Assembly (NCBI GenBank): GCA_050273025.1
Contig: CP158636.1
Span: 11,718,001-11,782,000, forward strand
Source of the DNA: Cenococcum geophilum
Taxonomy: Eukaryota
Length of the DNA: 64,000 bases
Reading direction: 5' to 3'
The position numbers were made by a program, and so were the translations under genes. The notes beneath the pieces are model-generated. The model was given only the letters and a program-made list of their open reading frames with translations. It searched no databases and was not told the origin of the DNA. Shown here piece after piece: positions 39,212-52,400 of the stretch. Every line of letters begins with the position of its first letter. Position 1 is the stretch's first letter.

Positions 39212-40470
39212 GCTTAAGAGGATGGCGGCCACTATCTTAGGGATAGATAAGCGGCTGGCGGACTTATTTAAAGCGCAGTATAGGAAGAGCAGAAGGGCTA
39301 AGGTATAAGAGGCGTTCGAAGAGCGGTGGAAAAGGGAGTGGGAAAAGTACTAGAGCACACTTACCTACCGTACAACGGCCTAGGCCGAGCTATAGAATAA
39401 GAAGGCCTTTAAACGCCACGTAAAGCTTACTAAGGTAGAGAGTATAATTAATATACTACTTAGAACTGAGCATATAGGGCTTAACAGATACCTCTACTAT
39501 TAAAAAGTACTAGGGCACCTAATACCAGCCTGCCTATGCGGCTATAACTAACAATTAATGATATACGTAGTGGTATTCTGCCCTAGACACGCCGCTAGCT
39601 AAGCAGAAATGTATTACTATACTGGAACGTCTATATATAAAGAACTCCTAACTAAGCCTAAGGCTGCTAAGGTAGTTGCGGACTAGTTTATATAGATAAA
39701 CCTCCTACTATACCTCTTACCAGCTAGAGAGCTGGCTAGGGCAAAGGGAGGAGGCTAAAAAGTGCGTTAAGAGGAGAAAGAGGACCGTGGAGGAGCCCGA
39801 TCCTAATACCTACCTATCCCTACCACCTTAACTCTACTAACCTCTACCACTTTCCACCCCCACCGTTTTCTACCTCTACTGTATTCCACCTCCACCGTAT
39901 TCCACCTTCACTGTATTCCACTGTATTCCACCATATTCCACCTACCCCGTTAGTAGAATTTAGCAGAATTTAGTAGAATTTGGTAGAATATAATAGAACC
40001 ACCTTAACCTCTACTGTATTCCACCTACCTATTGGTAGAAATTAGCAGAATATGGCAGAGCTTGGTAGAATACGGCAGAATATGGCAAAATATCTACCTC
40101 CCTACTATAAACTTTTGACACTACTAGCCTTGCGGGCCGTTGGCCTACGCCCTACCTAGATAACGGGAGTAACTAGGAATATACCACGGGACTAACCCCA
40201 GGACACTGAACTTAGGCCTAGCTATACACCCACCGGACGGACCCAGGAGTACGCATTAAGATGGCTTTTCTATAGCGCCTTAAGGAGACGTCTACTCGTG
40301 CTTAGTAGTTACTAATTAGAAGAGAGGCCATATAGGCCACATAATAAAAGAAGGAGAGGTTTTACCCGGCTCTGTACGGTTCCCCTCTTATATATATAAT
40401 ACACCTACATAGACCCGCTGTATGGACCCTAATGGGAACCGCAATAGCGTAATTGAATATTATTATTATT
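39212..40470 (+). mobile_element. 5'-truncated copy of the LINE at 7147-13102
   Basis: Matches 11732-12290 (ORF2 end) and ~12725-13082 (3' terminus); (TAT)n tail; no TSD found. Confidence 0.9.
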
Positions 40471-41479
40471 ATAAGCTATTAATAATATTAGCATAAGTAG
40501 TAATAATATCTAGTAGTTTAACTCCTATAAGAATAGCCTTTAGTTTAGAGTTTAAGGATTTTACTAGAGGATTAATTAAGGCAAGTTTATTCTATTTAGT
40601 CTTTTTAGTATAATAGGAAAACTTAGCGAAGTATAACGGGTAGTTCTTAAAGCCTTATATTATCTTATTTTGTTTCCTTTATTCTATAGTAATTTAGAGG
40701 ATTAATATAGGATGCTTCTAATATAGTGACCAGCTCTTTTACAGCATTAAGCTAGAATAGATATATAGTTTCCACGATATCTCCTTTTAAGCAACTTATA
40801 GTATAACGTGGCTAGCTGTTAGAGGTAGGGTATTAATTAGTATTATTATTTAGCTTATTTTAAAGTTAGTTAAAGAAAAGCGTAACTTTCTCCTTTACTA
40901 AAATAGGTAGAAAAATTAAAAATATATTTAGTTAGCTTCTTTATAAGGGTATAGATTAGTAAATTTAGGGTTAAGAAGCTAGTTTTAAACGCGCCCTTTC
41001 TATCAGGTAGGGATAGGTAGAGGCCATAGTGTAGTAGATAATAGGTTTTAATAGATCTCCTTAATTTCCCTTTTTAGAGACTTGGGTATTTTATAATATT
41101 AGGTCTTTTAGTAGGCAATGGTTTCCATAAACGCCTATTATAAGTTCTTTATTTATTTAATAAATATAGCATATAGATCGTTTATAAATATAGGGGCTTT
41201 TAAGTTATTTTATATACTAGGGTAGAACGGGGCGATATAGGGTATAGGTTTAACGTAATATAGTAGTACGGAGTAAGTATAAGCGGCTATAATATATAGC
41301 GAAGTAGATATCATTAAGCTATATATATAAACCACGTAATAAATTTAAAACGTTATATAAGGAAAGAGAGTAAGAGATTAGGAGAAAGGGATATTATTAA
41401 GAAAATATCCACAGGCTGAAATTCAAACTACCCGTTAAATTAAAATGAAATACTGCCAACTAGGCCAATCGGCTGCCAA

Positions 41480-41950
41480 TTGGCTGCAGTTGATGTAGTT
41501 GACGTAGTTAACGCATTTGACGTTTTTGACACGTAGCTTACGCGCAGTCTATACGCAGCCTATATAGAGCCTACGTATTTAGCGTATTTAACACTTAACT
41601 TAACACCTAACTTAATAGATTTTTTTATTTTCCTAATTTTACTTATTTTTGTTTAAGCTCTAGTAAGCCTAATAGCAACGCTATAAATTTTTTTATATCA
41701 AATTATATTTTATAAAAAGTCTACCTAAGGGGAGTTTTATTATACGCGTATTATATTATATAATACTATAAATAGAACTTAAAAGACTTTAATATTTTTA
41801 TAAGTAAAAGGTAAAATAATAAAATTACTAATTGCGTAGATTGCGCGTAGGCTACGCTTAGGCTATATATTAAAAAACATAATATAGGCTAGTTAGTCGA
41901 GTTGCTAAATACCATTAACTACGCGCTAATTGCGTTAACTACTAACTACT
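41480..41950. repeat. Degenerate foldback/MITE-like inverted repeat
   Basis: GTAGTTAACGCA (~41504) and CGTAGCTTACGCGCA (~41532) mirrored by TGCGCGTAGGCTACG (~41842) and TGCGTTAACTAC (~41931); termini unresolved. Confidence 0.5.
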
Positions 41951-43209
41951 AAGACTTCTAATAGGGGATAATATTTTGGCAATAATATATCGTTTACTTA
42001 ATTACTAAGTTAATTGGTGTCGTGTTATATTTAGGGTAAAATAGAATTTAGGTAATAGTTCTAGTAAAATTTGGTAGAAGTTATAGATATTATAGATATT
42101 ATAGTAGAATATAGTAGGTAGAATATAATAGGTAGCGTGCATAAGATATTACGGGGCAGTCCCGTAATAAGTAGTAAGGTAAAATTGCGATAAAATTGCA
42201 ATAAAACTAAGCTAACAAGTTTTAGATAAAATACGACCGACTATTTATATTTTATATTTTATATAATATAGTAATAAAGCCTAGAAACCCAGCAGATAGC
42301 TATAGGCGTTCTATTAAAAGTATGCTGGTAGGCTGTTAGGGCGGACGCAGAGATGTATATACGGCAGCGCACCGCGGGCGTAACGACATAGTAGTATTGC
42401 GAAATTTTTTTACTAGGAAGGTAAGCTTTAATAAAAACTTAATATAGCTATTACATCTTTATATATACTTCAATTAATTATTTAAATTATAGTATCTACC
42501 TTTAGCGTTACCCCTTCCTTCTATATAGTACCTATATATAGTATAGCAACTAAGCCGCATATATACCGCAGGTGGGAAGCCTACTTATTTACCCGCCGTC
42601 TACTACCTAACAGCCTAGATTTACCGCACGTAGTATACTATCTTCCTCTATACCTAAATCTACCTAGCTTTACTCTAATACCATTAATAGTATAGGTACT
42701 TAGCTATAGGGGCCTTATGCACCCCTATTATAAATATAATACTAAATTAAGCGCGATTTAAATATAGGAGATATATAAGATAGGGGACCTAGGGCTAGGG
42801 CTAGGATTAAATACCCAGTTTATCCCACTATTCTTTAGGAAAGGTTAAACTAGATAAGTAGGAAGGCTATAGGTAATATATATATATAGGGCAAATAAGG
42901 GAGTAAGGGCAGGTATATAAAACCTTATAGCAATTTTATAGCAACATTAATTTTAAATAGAAGTATTGTATAAACGGTAAATAGAGCAAGATATGTAATT
43001 AGGACACTCCTCTATAGGAATCTTAGGGCTGCGACCTAACCGTATTTTTCCTCTCGTTAACGTAGTATAGGTATACTACCTAGTAGGGTACAGGCTGTAC
43101 TACCTCTTACGTCTTCCTTAGAGGTTTTTTATACCTAGCTTTAATAGTATTTATCTATATAGACTTAGCTAGAGGACCGCATTAGACATTAATTAAGAAA
43201 TAATAATAG

Positions 43210-43735
43210 TAATATTGGATAAATAAAATTTCTATTAGTATTAATTATAGAACTTATAAAGCGCTTTAAAACTGTACCGCTTTTATCTAAATATCTAAAG
43301 GATAAGTAATATTACATAGATATAAAAGTTTATAAAGCTCTATACAAAGATCTACTAAGGCTCTATAAGAGGCTCTATAACAGCTTTATATAAAGCTCTA
43401 TACGAAGCTCTATAAAGGCTTTATATAAATCTCTATAAAAGCTCTCTATAAAGCTCTACTTAAAGCCCTATCTAAAGCTCTAAAGCTCTACTAATATATA
43501 GCACTAATATAATATAACGCTTTATATAACGCTCTATATAACGCTCTATATATAAAGGTTTTATATATAGAGATTCTGCGTATAAAGGCTCTATAAATAG
43601 GGCTTTATATATAGGGGCACTGCTTAACGCTCTACCTAATACTCTATATTAAAGACTTTATATAAAGAAGCTTTACGTACGTAGCTTTATATAAAGCCTT
43701 TATAAGTAGAGCGTCTATATATAGAGCCTAGTACT
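43210..43735. repeat. RIP-degraded copy of the 12-bp satellite module, orientation flipping mid-array
   Basis: AAAGCTCTATA units followed by TATAGAGC-type units; leader sequence matches 45315-45450. Confidence 0.7.
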
Positions 43736-44669
43736 AGCTATATTTATAGCGTTATAGAATAGAAATAAAATATTTACTTTTATAGTTAAAATTCTATAGA
43801 TACTAAGCCTTATTTAGATATTATCCGATATTTAGGCTATCCTTAAATAGGAGTATTATCCGCCTAACTAAATAGGATAGTTTATCCTCCGCAAGTATAG
43901 CCCGCCTATATACATAGTGTGTGTACCTATTATGGGAGTCACCCACGCACATTCGTCCCGTAACACCTACGCATGTCCTATAACCACCCCTATTTCTTTA
44001 ACTACGTTAACCTAACCTGTTCTGTTTCTGTATCCAAATGTCTTTATATTAACCACGCATAGTTACGCGTACGTAGCCTTCTTCAATTACTACCCCGTTT
44101 AGTACATTGTATTCCAGCTTGTGCCTACTTCCGTAATAGTACTAATGGTCCCCCAAAGGTCTAATTTATAAGATAAGGTATATATATAAGCAGAGCTCTA
44201 GATTTAATATAGGATATAGGGCTAAAACTAAGGGTTCCTTATTAGTCTAACGCCAAGGGCTTTAGTTTAACCGTTGTATATAGTATAGCGTGCGAATTTA
44301 ATGCGCTTACCGATTTAAAGAAGCCTTGGTTAAGAGGTCGCTATATACTAAACGCCAACCTCTAAATTAGATTAAAGCTTTAGATCGCTTCTAAACCCGG
44401 AACCGAACACTTTCTAAATAGGTTGCTAAAGCTAATTAAGCTAATATATAATCTATAACTTTATGGAAGTCGCTAATATCTAATTTTATACCTTTCTAAT
44501 TAAGAAATTTGGCTTACTGCCTAGTAGAATATTATATATTTTATTACTGAAGACCTAAAACTTGTATTTGAAATACTAAATATCTATATAAGCAACTGCT
44601 AGGAAAGTAGGAAAAAGGTAACGATAAGATATTATTACTTATCTAAAGAGCTTTATGTATCTCTTACAA

Positions 44670-45160
44670 CGTTAAATCGGGCCCTTAGGTTATCGATAAT
44701 TAAATTAGCTAAATTCGGCGTATAAGGTTAATGGTATTTATAATATACTATATTAAATTAATATTTTAGATTAATTTTTAGATTTAAGTCGCTTAATATA
44801 AGGCCTCTAGTAGTTATCCTTTCTATCCCTTTATGCGTCAACTTAAACACCCGCGTTATCGATAAGAGCCTATTAATCGGATCGATAGAATTTAATGCCT
44901 GTGCTTAGGAATACAAAGCTTTTGGTTTTATAGCGGGTTGATATATAGGCTTATCTTCGGGGTTAAGTCGCTCAATATGCAGTCTTTAGCAGTTGCACTT
45001 CCTGCAGAACAGTATTTTGCAGATACTGCTGCTAAAGTAAGTCCTTAAATGACGCTGCCGCCTAAATAACGCGTTGTTTTAGTTTCTAGCGTTCACGCAT
45101 AGGCTTTCTCCTTTAGGTGCCCTAACGTGTTAAAGGATAGAATGGTATTTTATATATAGA
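44670..45160. mobile_element. Two nested remnants of the CCCTT-terminal family; minus strand has a piggyBac-like Cys-rich C-terminus
   Basis: New left end TAT|CCCTT at 44827; shared TTAAGTCGC(T)CAATAT..TTCCTGCAGAAC block; minus reading RTYFxxSICKILFCRKCNC*RLHIERL. Confidence 0.6.
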
Positions 45161-45314
45161 TATACGTGTTATTTTAAACAGACCTGCGGAGGATAGGCTG
45201 GATAGGCCTCTTAGATAATAGACTTATCAGCTAATAGTATCCGGAGACTATCCGGATAGTCACTAAATAGTCTTAGCAAAAACCCCTAATATACTTACAC
45301 TTATAATGCACTCC

Positions 45315-45712
45315 CCAATATTAAGGGAATGTTTTTTCTATTAGTATAGATTTATAAAGCTTGTAAAGCGCTTTAAAATGGTACCACTTTTATCTAAATA
45401 TCTTAAGGATAAGTAATATTATATAGATATAAAGCTTATAAGAGCTCTACAGAATAAAGCTTAGGGGGAGCCCCGCACGGAGCTCTACTAAAGCTTAGCA
45501 AAAGCTCCGCACGAAGCTCCGCATAAAGCTCTGCATAAAGCTCTATACGAAGCTCTGCATAAAGCTTTTATATAGAGCCTCCGTAGTAGAGCCGTTGTAT
45601 ATAAAACCGTCGTACGCAGAGCCGTTATGCAGAGCCTCCGTATATAGAGCTTCGTGTAGAGCTTTGTGTAGAGCCTCCGTAGAGCTTATATAGAGCTTCG
45701 TATAGAGCCTTA
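45315..45712. repeat. Third copy of the 12-bp satellite module, inverted arrangement
   Basis: AAGCTC(C/T)GCA units ~45500-45570, then TAGAGCTTCGTG units ~45570-45710. Confidence 0.8.
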
Positions 45713-46482
45713 GTAAATACCTTTAGCTTTCCTACTAATTAGATATCTTCTTTCTACCTTTTTATTTATACTTCTCTTTATATAAAATACTATAAAATAA
45801 AATAAAAGTAGGAAAAAAGAGAGGAGACTTAGTAGTTTAAATTTAGTAACTTTTTTCTACTCCTTATTATCCTCTAGTTCCATAATCCGATCCTTACCCT
45901 TTAGTACTCCTACTACCGCCACTATAGGCTAAGAATTTATATTATACAACGAATATTAAGCTCTATAATCCCGTTACTTATAATTTCCATAGTACTTACT
46001 ATAGAATCCTAGGGGACTCTAATATTTAGTAAAGGGGCAAGGGCCTACTAAACGATGTAGAGTTGCTATATAAGCCTCGTAAGGCTAGTATTAATTAGCT
46101 CTCTGCCTTATATAAGTAGTATAGGTTACTTATAGTTATATTTAAGGACTTACGGCTTTAAATTAGAATTGTATTTATATATAAGGACCTCCTTATCCGC
46201 ACCCGTTTCTCTAATATACCCCTAACCTAAGCCTCTATATTAATCGCTAGTAAGGCTTTTACTCTCTCCTACTTATTCTAAAAGCAGTTAGTTATATAAG
46301 TATATTATATAGAGAGGAGAGTTTACTTATAGTATAGTAATATTACTAGAGAATCTATTATACGATAGGACGGGAAGTATACTAGATAATTATATTTCCC
46401 AATTCTTAATAAAGGACGATATTAGTAGGATTTAAACTTATAATCTATTAAGTTTAAAGTTAGTATATATTTACCTATGCCA

Positions 46483-49400
46483 ACATTAACTAAAAAGCCG
46501 CTACAGCAGCAGAACACGCCCATTACTTATCCAATAAAGATATAATTACTCCCAATCGAATCTACGGCATAATATGCCCTAGAATTAATGCACGCACTAC
46601 AGCCGGAAAGCCTGCGCGACCCAGGAGGGTCATAGTAGACTTGAAGGAGGGTCGAAATATAAAAAAAAGCGACATTATAATAAACCTAATAGGGGGCGAC
46701 CCAACCACAACAACTAAAGGATAACGACCAGAAATGGCAGAAACTTATAGATATCCTAAAAGACATTAAGGAAGACCTAGGGAAGGAAAAAGATAAACAC
46801 CTACGCGCAGGGGTAGCGCGTGCGGCTTAATAGGCTGGATATATCGCTCGGGAACTATAGATAAGGCATAATAGGAACCAGAACGTAGTAGAGGATAGGC
46901 TTGGGCGCATTAAGGACGCTATAAAATTATAGGGAACACTAATAACGCATATAATAAAGCCCTTATAGGCCAATATCGCCGCTAGCGCCTGACTGGCGCC
47001 TCTTTAGCGCCTCCCTAGCGTAGCACCCGTAAGGTCTATAGTTAGGGTCCAAACGCTAAAAGTAGTAGGAGTAGAGCTAGAATAGATTCTTATAGTAATT
47101 AGGACATATATACCAAAGGCAGTGGTAGTAAAGGTCCTATATAGCGGTAATATAGAGGTTATACTCCTAAACTAACAGGTAAAGGACCAGGCTATAACCT
47201 AGGGAGATACCCCTAAGTATAAGATACTCCGCTAGGACTATCTAGTTAAAGTACTTAGAGTACCTATTAATACACAGGTAGAAAGCGGGCGAGGCGCTAT
47301 AAACTTATAACTTATCTAAAGGATTACAGAGGCCATTAAGAAATTAGTCCCAGGAATTACGATATTTATAGTCGCATGGCTTTATAAAGTACGTACTATA
47401 TATATAGGTGTATTACTAGGGTTCTAAAAGGTTAAAACACGCGGCACCCTAATTATTAATCTACCGACTTAGGAGATATAGGTGGTAGTTATATACAAAG
47501 GAATAGTTATAGACAGCCTCTAGTATAAAGCCTGGTTATACTACCGCGTAGTCTAAATACGCCAATGCTTTAAATACTAGTAGTGGGGCTATACCTAGAG
47601 CGTATGCGGGAGATAGGGAAGGTATAGGCTATACGCCAATATACACGAGATGAAAGACTGCCCTAAGGTTAAGGGAGTTAGATGCGTAAACTGCGGTAAA
47701 GAATATAAAGTATGGCAGAAGACGGCCTATAAGACCTTCTAGGTATACCTAGAAGCTACTAGGATAAGGTAAGCTAAACTATACTAGGCTACAGCCGTAG
47801 TACGGGGAAACGTATATGAGGAGAAGGAGCTAAGCATAATAGGTAACGGTGGGTAAATAGTTGTATAAAGAAAGAGATTTAGGGTACTTACCCTAATGGG
47901 AGTATTCTCTACCCAACTAGCTGTAAAGCGGAGCGTAGGACGCCTACAAGGCAGCACTAACGCCGCTAGAGACCTATCCTAGTAAAGAATCCCAATTGTA
48001 ATAGCCCCAGCTAAGACGCCTTAGAGGAGAACGGAAGATACCTATAAGTCGCCAGACCAACTAATACTATAAATAGATTAATAATAGTATAATATAACTG
48101 CGGACACTTAAACTATAAAGCAACACGGCTACTATTTGACAGCCTAGACCTAAAAGAGCACTAGATAATAGCTCTATAAGAACTGGTATATAATAAGTAA
48201 ATATGTAAAATATACTAACTAAAAGGATATTACCTCCTATACGAACTAAACCTGGCTACCCGTACGTGCTTCCTAGTTAGTTAACGCATTAATATATAGG
48301 CATGGAGCTACTATAATATCAGCCTTAATATAGACAAACTATAACTAGCTACTGATTAAGGCCAAATTAGTATTATTAACGTCTATAACCTAAGCGATAA
48401 TAAACCCTAAATTGCTATATGGAGACTACTTTAACAGACAATTAATATAGCGGAAGGCGAGGTAATCGTCTTAGGGGACTTTAATGCACACTATATATTA
48501 TAGGGAGGACAGTAAGCTATAATTAAAGCATAGGCGATCTACCTACTAAACGAGCTAGAAACGCGGAACCTTACTCTTACTACTCTAACCGGAGAACCTA
48601 CCTAGAAAAGAGGGACCTAAAAGAGTATAATTAACCTTATATTTATTAAAGACACACTTACAGACCGACTAGAGTTTTGCGGACTAGAAGATATATAGGC
48701 AATTACTACAGACCATATACCTATATGGATAGCGCTTAATATCGCCGCACCAGCGTAGCGAACTCGCTAGAGATACGCCACTAAGAAACTTAACTAGGAA
48801 AAGTACACCTAGAAAATTACTAATAGGCTAGCAGCCATACCTTAAGCATCGCTAGAGGATATCTAGAGAATTATAAGCAACTGCCTAAAGGCCTAACCTA
48901 GCAAACACGCCTGCTGTGAATAGTCGCTAGAGGCGGCTTAGCTACTCGCGGGCGCTAAAAGGGCGAGGCGATAGTATAGCGTAATAGGCGAAGCTTACCA
49001 CTAATAGAGCTTTAAGGCCCTTAAAAACAGGCTTAAGAAGACAATTTAGAAAGAGGGTAGAAACAACTAGCGCTAATTCCTTAAAGAAATTACCTTAGAC
49101 CCTTCTAAACTATATAATAAGGGACTATAGCATATATTGAAGTAGAGTAGGTAAGCCGCCGAAGAGACGCTAGGGGACCCCTACCTACCCGCACTATACT
49201 GGTTAGAATAGAACCAGTACACAAATAATAACGAGGAAAAAAATTAAAATACTAGCAGAAAGGTTCTTTTCTAGCGTAGGCTAAGCGGACCTATAGGATA
49301 TCGGTAGCTAATCCCTTCCTGTACCTATTGAAATAAGTTATATAATATTAGTAAAAGAAATAAAGAACGCTATATAAAAGCTCCTTACTGGTAAAGCGTT

Positions 49401-52400
49401 AGGGCTAAATAAGATCCTAAATAAGGTAATTAAGGCTGCGGTAGAAGCGATAGTAATACCACTTACGGACGCTATAACTGCCTATTTCTAGAGAGGCGAA
49501 CTACCTAAAGGCTTTAAAGTAATAACCACGGTTGTCTTATAAAAGGTAAAGAAAAAAGACTATTCCCTTCTGGGAAGCTACCGCCCGATCGCCCTAAAAA
49601 ACACCCTAGGAAAGCTCTTAGGAAAGATAGTTATAGAATATATACAAGAAGCAGTAGAAGTATAAGAGCTACTACTATAGACATAAATAGGCGCAAGAAA
49701 GAAATGATTAACCCTCTTAGCCCTCTCCCTAATTACCTTTAGTATCTAAGCGGTATAGTAAGCTTACCTAGGATGCACTATATCTATGCTAAGCCTAGAC
49801 CTAAGCGGAGCCTTTAATAACGTATTATATAAGAGACTTCTATAGATCCTAAGAAATAAGGGCCTATTAGACTGGATAATTAAGTTTATCTATACCTTTC
49901 TAATAGGGCGCACTATAAAAATTATAATTAAGGGATACGAAAGCGAATTAATACTAACACCTATAGGCATTCTATAGGGATTACCCCTCTTACTAATTCT
50001 ATTCCTCTTCTTTATATCCAAACTACTAGAGATATTCGATAATAGTAAGGATATAATAGCCCTTGAATTTGTTAACAATATAAACCTAATTATATAGGGA
50101 AACATAGTAGTAGAAAACTGTACTAGGCTAAACTAGGCGCATAATAGGTGCATTATATAGGTAAAACGACACGGCGCTAAATTCGTACTAGATAAATACT
50201 AGCTTATCTACTTTATAAGAAAAAGAAGGGTAAGTAGCGATTTAGCCTTAATAGTAAATATCTAGGGCTGCGAAGTAAAACTAGAAGCTACCCTTAAGAT
50301 CCTAGGAGTCTAGGTAGACTCTAAACTAAACTGGAACGAGTATATCGCATAGGCGACTTATAGGGGAGCAGCTGCATTCTTGGTAGTATTATAAATTACC
50401 GCCTTAATATAGGGACCCTTATTTAGACTTACACGCCTACTATACACAGTAGTTGTAAGGCCAATAATGCTATATAGCTCCTAGGTCTGGGGCCTAGGAC
50501 TAAGCGGCAAGGTGCTAGTAAAGAGCGCCCTAGTGCTACTAGCTAAGCTATAAAATAAGTGCCTGTGTAGAACTATAGGGCCCTATAGGAGAACACCACG
50601 CGCTATACTTAAACGTAAAGCGGTAGTTTTACCACTAGATATATATATCAACATAACCGTAATATAGAGAGTAGTTATAGTATAAGGCCACCTAGTAGAA
50701 GAAAAAATACGCTAAATGCTAAAACGTATACGAGAAACGAGATATATACGAAGAGCGAGGGCTCCTTAAAGGGGAGATACGCCTAAGTATACTAGCTAGG
50801 AAGCCCTCTACCTACAAGTAGTAGAGAGAGAAAAGGAAATGCGGGAACTACTAGCCTACTAGGTAGAGACCCGGCGCTATATTAGTAGAGCGCTATAACG
50901 GTAATAGAGGATAGGAGGCCACTAATATAAGTGGAGATCTACTATACTAATCGCAAGATAGGCAGATCTTAAATAGAAGCGATAATAGAAGGAAGTAGCG
51001 GAAATATAAAACGTAACCATATAGAACACCCTATAGTTAATATTAACTCTCCCCCTATATAAAGGACTAACGAAAGCGGAGTCTATAGCTGCCTTTCTAT
51101 TATAGATGGAGGTTCTAGGCCTAAACGTATAGCTCGCAGGTGTCTATGTCCTAAGTACTATACCTTAGTGCATATACGGATGGCCCGCTTAGATAGTACG
51201 CTATATACTACTATTTTATAGTTACCGCTTAGTAAGGGACCAGCTACTCGCTAGTATAGGCATAAACAATATTAACCGGATGCTCTCTATAAGTAGAGGC
51301 CTATAAGCAGCAGTAAAATAGCTTATAGGATAAGGAGTCCTTTAGTAGTTCTAAATAGTATACGAGATCTAATAGGAGGACACTATAGGACATGCCCTTC
51401 TTTAGCCCCTTAGAGACTGGTTACCCCCCGCCTAGCCATAGGCGGCACACCGGCGAATCGCCAGACTCTCCTACTACTCCCCCCCCCTAGATCTTCCGAT
51501 ATATTTAGGAAGTATAGTATACAAGATAGACAAAAGATATAAAGATATACTAGCTAGGCGAAGATGGAACGCGTATAACTAGCGGCAAGGAAATACTTAG
51601 GTTTTTCCCCCCTAAGTATTAGCAACTCAGTTAATCAAGGCACGAGCACGGCAAGAGGGACGCGCAAGCCTGTACGATTGGTAGTCTATAAACGAGGATC
51701 TAAAGCTAGAGAAAGGAAAGGAGAAGAAGAGCAGCGCCGGTCGAAGTAGGGTTCTTTTATGCGGTCCTCTAGTCACGTGACCGCAAAGTTCTGCCAAGTT
51801 CTGCCAACCAAGTTCTGCCAAGTTCTGCTAACCAAGTTCTACTAAGTTCTGCCAACTAAGTTCTGCCAAGTTCTGCCAGTGCTGTAACATTACCCCCCCC
51901 TCCGCAAAAGCCTGCCCTTAGGCTTTATAGTCCGTATTATACTTATAGGGCGTTCTTATCTTTATGTTCTTCCGGTAGCTTATCGTCTTCGCTATACTAG
52001 CACTCTATCCACTCGTCTAGGTACTTTGGGGGTCCTAGTTTATTAGGGTAGCGGTTATAGAATTTTTAAAGCTTATAGGGACTGCTAATAAAGTTCTATA
52101 TAGGGTACTAGGTAGGGTCTAGGTTATAGCCTTTCCAACTAACGCGGTACTTTAGCGTTTTCCTTACTAGTTTATAGGCTAGTACTTCTTTAATTTCCCA
52201 TTCGTTATCGCCATTGACTTAAATCGGTAGGGAAGGTTTGTTCTTTTGTCCAGGCAATAGGTTATTCGCAGCTTTCTATAGCTTATCCGGCGAGAAAATG
52301 GGGTGAACCTTAATTAAATCTAGGAGCTTTACTTTATATAAGTTACCTATCTTCTTAAGAACCTTATATGGTCCCGCTATCTAATAGTCTAGCTTACGGC

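Noticed and set aside
45720..46466. Possible degraded gene or transposase interrupted by the second LINE (continues 57763-58020)
   Set aside because: Intron-like signals on the minus strand but no recognisable protein motif; too mutated to call
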